Source: a virus (taxonomy: Duplodnaviria > Heunggongvirae > Uroviricota > Caudoviricetes). Taken from it: a stretch of 64,000 nt of DNA. Numbering within the stretch: the stretch's first letter is position 1; every line of letters begins with the position of its first letter. A program made the position numbers and the translations under genes. Below are positions 44,125 to 53,222 of this stretch, piece after piece. Below the pieces are notes generated by a model. It worked only from the letters and a program-made list of their open reading frames with translations. It made no database searches and was not told the origin of the DNA. The stretch lies in IMG/VR virus record IMGVR_UViG_3300042892_004104. The stretch is one strand, 5' to 3'.

Positions 44125-45918
44125 ATGGCAGATAAAAATTCTCAAGGTTGGAAAAAGTACTTCAAGGTAGCAGACACCTCTGGACAACTGAGCCCTATAT
44201 CAGGCAAAAATCAGTACGGTCTGGATGGCTACCCCAAAAATGATGGTACCAACAGTGTGGCTCAGGCAGACTTTGTGTTCCGCAACTATGCCAGCCGATT
44301 GCCAGAAGTATACTCAGGTCACCCCAATCGTATTGAACGCTACAATCAGTACGAAAACATGGACATGGATAGTGAAATCAATGCCTGTCTGGATATCATT
44401 GCAGAGTTTTCAACACAGTTGAACCAGTCTAACGGCACACCATTTGACATAAACTACAACGACACACCCACTGATCACGAGATCAGCATTATCAAAAAAC
44501 AACTGCAGCAGTGGGTCAAGCTGAACAAACTGGACCAACGTGCATTTAAACTGTTCCGCAACACCATCAAGTATGGCGATCAGATCTTTGTGCGTGATCC
44601 TGAAACATTTGAAATGATGTGGGTGGACATGAGCAAAGTGGCCCGAGTGATTGTGAATGAATCAGAAGGCAAACGTCCGGAACAGTATGTGATTCGCGAC
44701 ATCAATCCCAACTTTCAAAACATGACTGTGGCAGCCAAGACCACCACAGACTACATGACCAACCCTTCAACTGGCAGCATCTCAGGTGCTTCAAACTACA
44801 GCATGCCCAATGGCGGCTCTGGTGGCGGAGTGGGCAACAGCAGATTTACACAAGCACAAAATGAAGTGTGCTTGGATGCCAAGCATGTGGTGCACATGAG
44901 TCTCAACGAAGGTCTGGATGTGTTCTGGCCATTTGGACGCAGTGTGTTAGAACAAATTTTCATGGTATACAAGCAGAAACAACTGCTGGAAGATGCTGTG
45001 TTGATCTATCGTGTGCAACGTGCTCCTGAACGTAGAATTTTCAAGATTGACGTGGGCAACATGCCCAGCCACTTGGCCATGGCATTTGTGGAACGTGTCA
45101 AAAACGAAATGCATCAGCGGCGCATTCCTACCACGTCAGGTGGCGGAAACAATATGATGGACAGCAGTTACAATCCACTCAGCATCAACGAAGACTACTT
45201 TTTCCCCCAGGGTCAAGACGGCCGTGGATCAAGTGTGGAAACACTGCCAGGTGGACAAAACCTGGGCGAAATTGACGACTTGAAGTATTTCAACAACAAA
45301 ATGGCTCGTGGTCTGCGTGTGCCCAGTAGTTATTTGCCCACAGGACCTGATGACTCAGACCGTGTGACCAGCGACGGCAAAGTAGGCACAGCCTTGATTC
45401 AAGAGTATCGTTTCAACCAATACTGCGAGAGACTGCAAGCACTTATTGCACAAAAACTAGACGACGAATTCAAAATGTTCTTGAAGTGGCGCGGATTCAA
45501 CATTGATTCAGGACTGTTTAGCCTGCGTTTTAACCCGCCACAGAACTTTGCCAGCTATCGTCAGAGCGAACTAGACAACACTCGTATTCAGGCATTTCAA
45601 GGACTAGAGCCTTTGCCATACATGAGCAAGCGATTCTTGCTGGAGCGTTTCTTGGGCTTGACCGAAGAAGAAATGCAGAAAAATGAAAAACTCTGGCGTG
45701 AAGAACGTGACAATCCTGACATGCAGCCAGCACAAGGTGCGGATCTACGAAGTGTGGGTATCACACCAGGTAACTTGGAAACTGACATTGGTACAGGTGA
45801 AGAAATTGCAGCAATGGAGCCAGCGGGCGGACTTGACATGACTGCACCTGTTGCCGCCCCTGGACAGGCTCCTGCACCAGGTGGCACGCCTGGCGGCGCA
45901 ACCGCCCCAGCCGCATAA
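44125..45918 (+). CDS. gp20: Portal protein, T4 gp20-like
   Basis: YENMDMDSEINACLDII, LLEDAVLIYRVQRAPERRIFKIDVGNMP, EDYFFP, VETLPGGQNLGEIDDLKYFNNKMARGLRVPSSYL. Confidence 0.95.
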   Translation: MADKNSQGWKKYFKVADTSGQLSPISGKNQYGLDGYPKNDGTNSVAQADFVFRNYASRLPEVYSGHPNRIERYNQYENMDMDSEINACLDIIAEFSTQLNQSNGTPFDINYNDTPTDHEISIIKKQLQQWVKLNKLDQRAFKLFRNTIKYGDQIFVRDPETFEMMWVDMSKVARVIVNESEGKRPEQYVIRDINPNFQNMTVAAKTTTDYMTNPSTGSISGASNYSMPNGGSGGGVGNSRFTQAQNEVCLDAKHVVHMSLNEGLDVFWPFGRSVLEQIFMVYKQKQLLEDAVLIYRVQRAPERRIFKIDVGNMPSHLAMAFVERVKNEMHQRRIPTTSGGGNNMMDSSYNPLSINEDYFFPQGQDGRGSSVETLPGGQNLGEIDDLKYFNNKMARGLRVPSSYLPTGPDDSDRVTSDGKVGTALIQEYRFNQYCERLQALIAQKLDDEFKMFLKWRGFNIDSGLFSLRFNPPQNFASYRQSELDNTRIQAFQGLEPLPYMSKRFLLERFLGLTEEEMQKNEKLWREERDNPDMQPAQGADLRSVGITPGNLETDIGTGEEIAAMEPAGGLDMTAPVAAPGQAPAPGGTPGGATAPAA

Positions 45919-45926
45919 ATAACCGT

Positions 45927-46145
45927 ATGATACTGCAAGAATTTTTCAACAAAGAGCCCGAAGCATATCAGGACCTGAAGCAAGACAACAGTCAGCCGCA
46001 ACTGGGTGATCTGCGAAAAACTCACTTGACCTTACGGCAACTCAACAAGCTGCGAATGATGAATGACATTCGTCAAGTAGAGTATAAAGAAAAACTCAAA
46101 TTGGTGCGTCAGCAGTATGCACCGCCTGCACAACCTGCAATGTAA
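45927..46145 (+). CDS. Small hypothetical head-region protein
   Basis: 72-aa ORF between portal and prohead core genes, preceded by TAAATA (45916-21). Confidence 0.65.
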   Translation: MILQEFFNKEPEAYQDLKQDNSQPQLGDLRKTHLTLRQLNKLRMMNDIRQVEYKEKLKLVRQQYAPPAQPAM

Positions 46146-46167
46146 AAATTGTCAATCTTGACAATTT
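46146..46167. promoter_or_regulatory. Perfect 10-bp inverted repeat (operator or terminator-like)
   Basis: AAATTGTCAA-TC-TTGACAATTT, intergenic. Confidence 0.45.
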
Positions 46168-46248
46168 ATCGGCATTTTCCTATCTAAAAGCACCAAGTTT
46201 TTAACTCCTGTGTAAATAACATTACACTTTACCTATAGGAGTTTTCTT

Positions 46249-47058
46249 ATGAACCAATTTGAACAATTGATCGAATACGTGATCAATGATGACGAGCAAA
46301 AAGCTCGCGAACTTTTCCACGACATCGTTGTGGGCAAAAGCCGCGAGATTTATGAAAGCCTAATGGCTGATGAAGAGCTTGAAGAAGCTCAAGACGATGA
46401 TCTCGACGAAGGCGCAATGGGCGGCGACGCTGCTGACGAATTAATCGACAACGTTGAAGCTGAAGAACAAGACGACATGAGCATGGAAGCTGAAGGCGAC
46501 AACATGGACAGCGACATGGACAGCGACATGGATGGCAACGATCACCACAGCGATGTTGGCGGCGACGAAGGCCTTGAAGACCGCGTGATGGATCTAGAAG
46601 ACAAGTTGGACGAACTCATGGCAGAATTTGAAGACCTCATGGGCGGTAACGACATGGGTGACGGCGACGGTTTTGGTCCTGATGAAGGCGGCGATGCCAT
46701 TGAAATGGACGACACAGAAGAAATGATGCCAGAAATGGGCAACTACGGCATGATGGAGAATGTGAGTCTTAAAGCAGCCCCAAAGCCAGTGACTGCCGAA
46801 GAAGGCGGAGTCAACAAGAAATCCACAGTGGCTGCAAATGCAGGCGCAAAAGGCCCAATTGGCAGCACAGTTAAGCCTGTGAGCACAACTGGTGCTGAAG
46901 CACAAGGTCGTGCTGCACCAACTACAAAAGATCTTATTGGCCGAGTAGGTAATACTCCTGCTCAAGGCACCCAGAAGCCCAGCGCTGCTGTCAAGCCCAA
47001 AACAGGTCAAGAAGGCGGCGTAAACAACAAGTCGATTGTGCCAGGCAAGCACAACTAA
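46249..47058 (+). CDS. Acidic prohead core/scaffolding-type protein (gp67/68-like position)
   Basis: Very Asp/Glu/Met-rich centre; lies between portal and protease; TAAATA at 46213-18. Confidence 0.6.
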   Translation: MNQFEQLIEYVINDDEQKARELFHDIVVGKSREIYESLMADEELEEAQDDDLDEGAMGGDAADELIDNVEAEEQDDMSMEAEGDNMDSDMDSDMDGNDHHSDVGGDEGLEDRVMDLEDKLDELMAEFEDLMGGNDMGDGDGFGPDEGGDAIEMDDTEEMMPEMGNYGMMENVSLKAAPKPVTAEEGGVNKKSTVAANAGAKGPIGSTVKPVSTTGAEAQGRAAPTTKDLIGRVGNTPAQGTQKPSAAVKPKTGQEGGVNNKSIVPGKHN

Positions 47059-47062
47059 AAAA

Positions 47063-47695
47063 ATGACTTACCTAAAAGAGCAACTTACCTTCCACCAAGC
47101 TAACATTCAGGTTCTTGAAGAATCTGATGTCAGCGGGGGTAAGAACCTTTATCTCAAAGGTATTTGTATTGAAGGTAACAAACGCAACGCCAACGACCGG
47201 ATATATCCCATACACGAGATCACTCGTGCAGTCAACACCATAAACCAACAGATCAAAGAAGGTAATTCAGTCTTAGGTGAAGTGGACCATCCAGATGATT
47301 TAAAAATCAACCTTGATCGGGTTTGCCACAGTGTTGATGGTATGTGGATGGACGGTGATGCAGGACACGGCAAACTTAGAATTCTTCCCACTCCCATGGG
47401 CGATCTAATCAAGACATTGCTACAATCCGGAGTCAAACTCGGAGTGTCAAGCCGCGGCAGCGGCAACGTTGACGACAGAACAGGACATGTAAGTGACTTT
47501 GAAATAGTCACTATAGATGTGGTTGCCCAACCCAGCGCACCGAATGCTTATCCCAAAGCTATCTACGAAGGTATGATGAACATGAAATATGGTCACAGAT
47601 TACTGGAGATTGCCAAAGATGCTGGGCAGGACAACAAAGTGCAGAAGTACTTGAAAAGCGAAGTAATTCGTCTGATCAAGGACCTGAAAATCTAA
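47063..47695 (+). CDS. gp21: Prohead protease, gp21-like
   Basis: LYLKGICIEGNKRNANDRIYP, LGEVDHP, LGVSSRGSG, DVVAQPSAPNAYP. Start moved to MTYLKEQ (47063). Confidence 0.93.
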   Translation: MTYLKEQLTFHQANIQVLEESDVSGGKNLYLKGICIEGNKRNANDRIYPIHEITRAVNTINQQIKEGNSVLGEVDHPDDLKINLDRVCHSVDGMWMDGDAGHGKLRILPTPMGDLIKTLLQSGVKLGVSSRGSGNVDDRTGHVSDFEIVTIDVVAQPSAPNAYPKAIYEGMMNMKYGHRLLEIAKDAGQDNKVQKYLKSEVIRLIKDLKI

Positions 47696-47708
47696 GGAGA
47701 ATCTACTA

Positions 47709-48806
47709 ATGTTAGATGCAATCAAACCATTGCTAGATAGCGACTTGATCACCGAGGAAACTCGTACAGAGATCACTGAAGCCTGGGAAGCCAAGCTAAG
47801 TGAAGCTCGTGAACAAGCCCGCGCAGAACTTCGTGAAGAGTTTGCGCAACGCTATGAGCACGACAAGACAGTCATGGTTGAAGCCCTGGATAGAATGGTA
47901 ACAGAAGGACTCCAAGCAGAACTTCAACAAGTGGCCGCTGAAAAGCAAGCTCTTGTGGAAGACCGCGTTCGTTTCCAAAGCAAGATGAAAGAAAGTGCCA
48001 CCAAGTTCAACAACTTTATGGTAACAAAACTTGCAGAAGAAATTGGCGAACTGCGTAAGGACCGAAAAATGCATAGTGAAGGACTTGAAAAGCTCGAGAA
48101 CTTTATGGTGCATGCTCTAGCTCGTGAAATTCAAGAATTTGCCCAAGACAAGCGTGATGTAGTTGAAACCAAAGTACGTTTGGTTCGCGAAGCACGTGGC
48201 AAGCTTGAAACACTCAAGGCACGTTTCGTAAAAGAAAGTGCTGAAAAAATGAGCCAGGCTGTTAGCCGTCATCTTAAGGCCGAACTGACACAATTGCAAG
48301 AAGATATCAAAATTGCTCGTGAGAACAATTTTGGTCGTCGTATATTTGAAGCGTATGCTGCTGAATTTGGCGTTACTCACTTGAATGAGAATGCTGAAGT
48401 TCGCAAGCTGCATAGTCTGCTGCAACACAAAGACAGTCAATTGTCAGAAGCCATCAAACTCACTCAACGAGCCCGAATCGTTGTTGAGTCCAAAGAACGT
48501 GAAATACGTATGATCAGAGAATCCAATGAGCGTGAAAGCACAATGGAAATGCTGTTGACCCCGCTAAACCGGGAAAAACAAGACGTCATGCGTAATTTAC
48601 TGGAGAGCGTACAAACATCTCGTTTGAAAAACGCCTTCGAAAAGTATCTACCAGCAGTGTTGGAAGATCGAACTGTGAGAGCTGCTAAGGTGATTACAGA
48701 ATCGGTATCCGTATCCACTGGGGATAAATCTGTTCCAAGTAGTCACCAGGAAGACCGCGAAGCCAAAAGCAACGTGATCGACCTCAAGCGCCTGGCAGGG
48801 TTATAA
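47709..48806 (+). CDS. gp22: Prohead core scaffold protein, gp22-like
   Basis: Coiled-coil, Glu-rich 365 aa between protease and capsid genes; AGGAG Shine-Dalgarno. Confidence 0.82.
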   Translation: MLDAIKPLLDSDLITEETRTEITEAWEAKLSEAREQARAELREEFAQRYEHDKTVMVEALDRMVTEGLQAELQQVAAEKQALVEDRVRFQSKMKESATKFNNFMVTKLAEEIGELRKDRKMHSEGLEKLENFMVHALAREIQEFAQDKRDVVETKVRLVREARGKLETLKARFVKESAEKMSQAVSRHLKAELTQLQEDIKIARENNFGRRIFEAYAAEFGVTHLNENAEVRKLHSLLQHKDSQLSEAIKLTQRARIVVESKEREIRMIRESNERESTMEMLLTPLNREKQDVMRNLLESVQTSRLKNAFEKYLPAVLEDRTVRAAKVITESVSVSTGDKSVPSSHQEDREAKSNVIDLKRLAGL

Positions 48807-48825
48807 TTAATTATAGGAGACTTAA

Positions 48826-50022
48826 ATGTCACAAGAACTATTAGAAAGCCGCTGGGGCGAGACCAAAGAAGCATTGCTTGAAGGTCTAAACGGTACCAAG
48901 CGCAACAGCATGGGTGTTATCCTTGAAAACACCCGCAAGTACTTGAAGGAAAACGCTTCCGCAGGTTCTACCGCAGCAGGTAACATTGCTACATTGAACC
49001 GTGTTATTCTTCCAGTGATCCGTCGTGTTATGCCTACCGTTATTGCTAACGAGTTGGTTGGCGTTCAGCCCATGACTGGCCCTGTTGGTCAAATTCACAC
49101 CCTGCGTGTGCGTTATGCCCAGAGCTTGACTGACTCAAGTGCTGCTGCCACAAGCGTCACAGCTGGTGAAGAAGCACTAAGCCCATTCAAGATTGCTCAG
49201 GCTTACTCCACAGTGCCACAAGGTACTGCCACAGCCACTAGCTACAACGGTGCTGCTACAGCAACAATGGAAGGTACTGGCGGTAAGCAAATTTCCGTTC
49301 AGATCTTGAAGCAAGCTGTTGAAGCCAAGACACGTAAATTGCAAGCACGTTGGACATTTGAAAGTGCCCAAGACGCTCAAGCAATGCACGGTATTGACGT
49401 TGAAGCTGAGATCATGGCTGCTCTTGCACAAGAGATCACAGCTGAGATTGACCAAGAGATCCTGTTGAGCCTGCGTAGCCTTGCTGCTACCGAGTTCACA
49501 TACAACCAAGCTACTGTTTCTGGTACTGCTACATTCGTTGGTGACGAACACGCTGCTCTAGCTGTGTTGATCAACCGTGTTGCTAACCTGATCGCCCAAC
49601 GTACACGTCGTGGCGCTGGTAACTACGCTGTTGTTAGCTCTGCTGCACTCACAGTGTTGCAAAGTGCTACAACTAGTGCGTTTGCTCGTACTACAGAAGG
49701 CACATTCGAAGCACCTACAAACACCAAGTTTGTTGGTACACTGAACGGCGCAATGCGTGTGTTTGTTGACTCTTATGCTGCTGACACTACACCAGTGTTA
49801 GTTGGTTACAAAGGAAGTTCAGAAGCTGACGCTCCTGCGTTCTACTGCCCATACATTCCGTTGATGAGCAGTGGCGTTGTGTTGGATCCAACAACATTTG
49901 AACCAGTTGTGAGCTTTATGACTCGCTACGGTTACATTGAACTTACTAACACAGCAAGTTCTTTTGGTAACGCTGGTGACTATGTTGGTGAGATCGCTGT
50001 TTCCAACTTGTCTTTCTCCTAA
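48826..50022 (+). CDS. gp23: Major capsid protein, T4 gp23-like
   Basis: VRRVMP-type segment (IRRVMPTVIANELVGVQPMTGPVGQIHTLR), AKTRKLQARWTFE, EITAEIDQE, AFYCPYIPL, FMTRYG. Confidence 0.97.
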   Translation: MSQELLESRWGETKEALLEGLNGTKRNSMGVILENTRKYLKENASAGSTAAGNIATLNRVILPVIRRVMPTVIANELVGVQPMTGPVGQIHTLRVRYAQSLTDSSAAATSVTAGEEALSPFKIAQAYSTVPQGTATATSYNGAATATMEGTGGKQISVQILKQAVEAKTRKLQARWTFESAQDAQAMHGIDVEAEIMAALAQEITAEIDQEILLSLRSLAATEFTYNQATVSGTATFVGDEHAALAVLINRVANLIAQRTRRGAGNYAVVSSAALTVLQSATTSAFARTTEGTFEAPTNTKFVGTLNGAMRVFVDSYAADTTPVLVGYKGSSEADAPAFYCPYIPLMSSGVVLDPTTFEPVVSFMTRYGYIELTNTASSFGNAGDYVGEIAVSNLSFS

Positions 50023-50059
50023 TCAGAGAACCACAACTTTCTCAGGGATGGGAAGGAAC

Positions 50060-50084
50060 AAAAAGGGCCGCAAGGCCCTTTTTT
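50060..50084 (+). terminator. Rho-independent terminator after gp23 (potentially bidirectional)
   Basis: AAAAAGGGCC-GCAA-GGCCCTTTTTT. Confidence 0.88.
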
Positions 50085-50138
50085 GTTGGCGGAACAATAT
50101 GTCTGTAGTTCTGGTAAATATACAACATAGGAAAAAAT

Positions 50139-50279
50139 ATGTCAATAGAAATTGGTACAGGTATCACAATCACAACAGGCCTCTTTTTTGGTGCAAACGA
50201 CGCACCTGCACAACTGATCACAGAATCTGGCCTGGACTTGCTGACGACTGAAGTAGGTGACGACTTAACGACAGAATAA
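50139..50279 (+). CDS. 46-aa hypothetical virion-type peptide (not in ORF track)
   Basis: TAAATA at 50115-20, AGGA Shine-Dalgarno; MSIEIGTGITITTGLFFGANDAPAQLITESGLDLLTTEVGDDLTTE. Confidence 0.6.
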   Translation: MSIEIGTGITITTGLFFGANDAPAQLITESGLDLLTTEVGDDLTTE

Positions 50280-50284
50280 AAAAT

Positions 50285-50489
50285 ATGGCAAATATAAAAA
50301 TATCACAACTCACAAGCTTGTCAACCATGACAGACGCAGCCGTCATACCTGTTGTTGCATCAGGTTCCACTCAGCAAATTTCTGGTGCAAACTGCTGACA
50401 TAGGATTTGTCAAAGCCTACAACGGGGTGTTGACTCTGGCTAATGTACAATCCTTGTATGCCACTTACGCGGCAAGATTTGGTTACTGA
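50285..50489 (+). pseudogene. Internally deleted, frameshifted remnant of a LamG/concanavalin-A-like virion protein gene
   Basis: N-terminus MANIKISQLTSLSTMTDAAVIPVVASGSTQQISGAN stops at 50398. The +1 frame from 50394 reads ADIGFVKAYNGVLTLANVQSLYATYAARFGY*, a LamG-like C-terminus. Confidence 0.6.
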
Positions 50490-50559
50490 TTCTGCCCTTG
50501 ACAAGTCAGCCGGTCTGATAATGCAGTTCAACAACCTAACAAGTTGTTGTTGCAGCAAG

Positions 50560-51708
50560 TTAAACTTTGAACCACGAGAGATATTGAGCAACTTTTTTAG
50601 TAACCGTGGCCCAATCTCCACGACTAGGCTGTCTAAACAGTCTAGCACTAGAGTACCAAGGACTTGAATCACGATCGGTCAGCCAGCGCCAATCAGTGGC
50701 ATAGGCATTCAGCATGATCCAGGTAGGACGCCCCAGTGCACAAGCCAGGTGACTCACAGCAGTGTCCACACCCACTACCACATCCAGGTTCTGTATCAGT
50801 GCCGCAGTATCAGCAAAACTATGAACACTGCCCGGATAACGGGTAACGCCTGCAGCAGCTAATTCAGCTTCTTGCTCATCACTGGCATCCACTTGTAGAT
50901 TGATCCATTCATATTCGGGTGTGGATTTGATCAGGTCCAGCATGGTCTCAAACGGCACTGCCTTGTGTTGATTCAGCCATGAGTCTGTGCGACCACTCCA
51001 GCAGAACCCCACCCGCATGCGAGTTTTTGGGCCCAGTCGCTGTTGCCAGGCCCGCACTGCCGCAGGATCAGCATTGAGATAACTTTGTACTCGGGGCAAT
51101 GTGTCCAGAGTAATACCCAGGATGCCAGGTATGCTCATGATAGGCACCCAGTAATCAAACTCGCCCATGTCGTCAGTGTATCTTCCCACCTGACTAATAA
51201 TACCGCCCAGACTCAGCAGTGGTACCAAGCCGTCGGTGACCTGCAGTTTGACCTGAGCACCTTGAGCATGTAGATTCCAGAGAAAACGCACAAACTGTAT
51301 GTTGTCCCCGTGGCCTTGCTCGCCCACTACCAGAATGGTACGGCCTGACAAGTCTTCTCCGTGCCAACGAGGCTGGACAAACTTGGGTTCAGTGCCGGCC
51401 AGATGTTCATAGTCCCAGCGGGCTTCGTAGGCAGGCCAGCCCTGTGCATAATCGCCTTTGAGCAAATAGGTCACTGCTAGATTAAATCTTGTGGTAATGT
51501 TTTGGGGATCTAACACAGCCGCATGCTGTAAAAACGGGATAGCACGAGCAGGATGGCCTAGTTCTCGCATGACATTGCCGTAGTTGTTGAAGGCTGCAGC
51601 CGAATCAGGATCTGTTACAAATGCCTGTGCATAGCAGGCCAAGGCCTGTTCTGGTTCTTGTTGTGCTCTTAATTGGTTGCCTTGTTCGATCAGTTCGTTG
51701 GAATTCAT
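50560..51708 (-). CDS. TPR-repeat protein with glycosyltransferase (GT9/GT41-like) C-terminal domain
   Basis: TPR motifs (AFNNYGNVMRELGHP), GEQGHGDNIQFVRF, LDVVVGVDTAVSHLACALGRPTW, WRW...SPWY. Start moved to MNSNE (51708), just after TAAATA. Confidence 0.82.
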   Translation of the reverse strand: MNSNELIEQGNQLRAQQEPEQALACYAQAFVTDPDSAAAFNNYGNVMRELGHPARAIPFLQHAAVLDPQNITTRFNLAVTYLLKGDYAQGWPAYEARWDYEHLAGTEPKFVQPRWHGEDLSGRTILVVGEQGHGDNIQFVRFLWNLHAQGAQVKLQVTDGLVPLLSLGGIISQVGRYTDDMGEFDYWVPIMSIPGILGITLDTLPRVQSYLNADPAAVRAWQQRLGPKTRMRVGFCWSGRTDSWLNQHKAVPFETMLDLIKSTPEYEWINLQVDASDEQEAELAAAGVTRYPGSVHSFADTAALIQNLDVVVGVDTAVSHLACALGRPTWIMLNAYATDWRWLTDRDSSPWYSSARLFRQPSRGDWATVTKKVAQYLSWFKV

Positions 51709-51750
51709 GCAGTATTTAAGGGGCACAGGCTGCAGTCTAGACATTTCTGC

Positions 51751-51826
51751 TAAATACCTAGTCCGCAATTGTGCGGCTTATGCTGAGCGTAACACCCACA
51801 GCGTAGCGGCTAGAACCCGCAGACTT
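51751..51826 (+). promoter_or_regulatory. TAAATA late promoter followed by a compact three-hairpin 5' leader
   Basis: CCGCA/TGCGG, TATGCTG/CAGCGTA and GCGG/CCGC stems before the AAGGA Shine-Dalgarno of 51846. Confidence 0.5.
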
Positions 51827-51845
51827 ATTACAAGGAAACAAACAA

Positions 51846-52586
51846 ATGGGTCGTCCTCTAAAAATACAAAAATCAAGTACCGGTTCCGGCAACGGCGGCG
51901 CAGCCGTCAGTGTGGATCTTGGCTTTCCCAACTTTGGATCGCTGACAGCACCGGTATTCAACTCACCAACACAAACTCTAAATGATGCAATGTATCTAGG
52001 TGTTGTGGGCGGTGCAGCACCAACTGATACACCTAGCGCAACCAATCCACGTGTGGACGTTACAGTTTACATCACAGGTGCTGCATCAGCAGCTCAAGGC
52101 TATATTATCCGCCAAAAAGGTGCTCACAAATATCTAGTTGGTGATGTTACTAGTGTTGCTGACGAAGACTTAACAGTTGGACTTGCCTACATAATCACCG
52201 CACTTGGCACAACTGATTGGCAAGCATGCGGCGCTCCTATTGGTGCAGGTGTTGGCACAGTGTTTACTTGCACAGCGGATGCTGGCGCAGGTACAGGCAC
52301 AGCCAATCTTGTTGGCGTGTGTGTGCTGGAAGATGCGACTACTCCTAGCGCAGAAGGCCTAATGAGTATTACTTACACACTGGGTGACTCAACTGCTACC
52401 ACAATCAGCAAGCTGTCCAACAAGTGGTTGTTAAACTGGGCCGGCGGCTCAACTTATGCTGCTACTAGTGTGGTAAACGATGTGCGCTATGCAACCAACT
52501 TCTTCACAGACGAAGGCACTGTGATCAAATCTGGTACAGCCCAAACCACAGTAGAATTGGCCATCGTCGACAACGTTACTTCTTAA
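51846..52586 (+). CDS. Hypothetical virion structural protein
   Basis: 246-aa ORF with late promoter and Shine-Dalgarno; Gly/Ala/Thr-rich. Confidence 0.7.
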   Translation: MGRPLKIQKSSTGSGNGGAAVSVDLGFPNFGSLTAPVFNSPTQTLNDAMYLGVVGGAAPTDTPSATNPRVDVTVYITGAASAAQGYIIRQKGAHKYLVGDVTSVADEDLTVGLAYIITALGTTDWQACGAPIGAGVGTVFTCTADAGAGTGTANLVGVCVLEDATTPSAEGLMSITYTLGDSTATTISKLSNKWLLNWAGGSTYAATSVVNDVRYATNFFTDEGTVIKSGTAQTTVELAIVDNVTS

Positions 52587-52601
52587 TTTATTAAGACTCA
52601 G

Positions 52602-52634
52602 AATCCTCTCAGCTACATACTGAGAGGATTTTTT
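52602..52634 (+). terminator. Hairpin with U-tract; stem sequesters the downstream Shine-Dalgarno and the loop carries a late-promoter-like TACATA
   Basis: AATCCTCTCAG-CTACATA-CTGAGAGGATT-TTTT-ATG. Confidence 0.65.
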
Positions 52635-53222
52635 ATGACCATAGCATTTGTACTGGGCAACGGCATCAGCCGACAAGCCATTGATCTTGGTGTGTTGACA
52701 CCTTTGGGCACCACTTACGGCTGCAACGCACTGTCAAGAGAGTTTGTGCCGGCTGTGCTGATCAGCACTGATACTCCTATCAGCCGACACATACAAGAAT
52801 CTGGTTACAGTCAACAACATGTGCACTACACCCGCAAACCCTTGCCTGACCTGGGTGCTCGCAAAATACCACAAAAATACTATGGATTCAGTTCTGGCCC
52901 TGTGGCCACTGCAATTGCTGCCCTGGATCAGCATCACCGAGTGTATTTGATTGGATTTGACATGGGTCCTACCACCACAGGGCAATTCAACAACATGTAT
53001 GCAGGCACAGAATTCTACAAAAAACCCTCGGCCACACCCACATATACAGGAAACTGGGTGCGTCAATTGACCACAATTGCTCGTGATTTTCCACGGGCGG
53101 AATTTGTGCGTGTGCAGGGCGCAACCACAGCCAGCATACCTGAACTTACCAATATCTCAAACTTGCTGCACATGCCCCAGGCAGACTTTATCGACCGCAT
53201 AAATAACACAAAGGATCTCTAA
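52635..53222 (+). CDS. DUF115/MptE- or GT42-like Rossmann-fold protein (putative glycosyl/nucleotide transferase)
   Basis: FVLGNGISR, YGCNAL, FSSGPVA, VYLIGFDM motifs. Confidence 0.5.
   Translation: MTIAFVLGNGISRQAIDLGVLTPLGTTYGCNALSREFVPAVLISTDTPISRHIQESGYSQQHVHYTRKPLPDLGARKIPQKYYGFSSGPVATAIAALDQHHRVYLIGFDMGPTTTGQFNNMYAGTEFYKKPSATPTYTGNWVRQLTTIARDFPRAEFVRVQGATTASIPELTNISNLLHMPQADFIDRINNTKDL

Noticed and set aside
46505-46535. 12-nt tandem repeat (MDSD) in the prohead core gene
   Set aside because: Ordinary low-complexity expansion in an acidic disordered linker.
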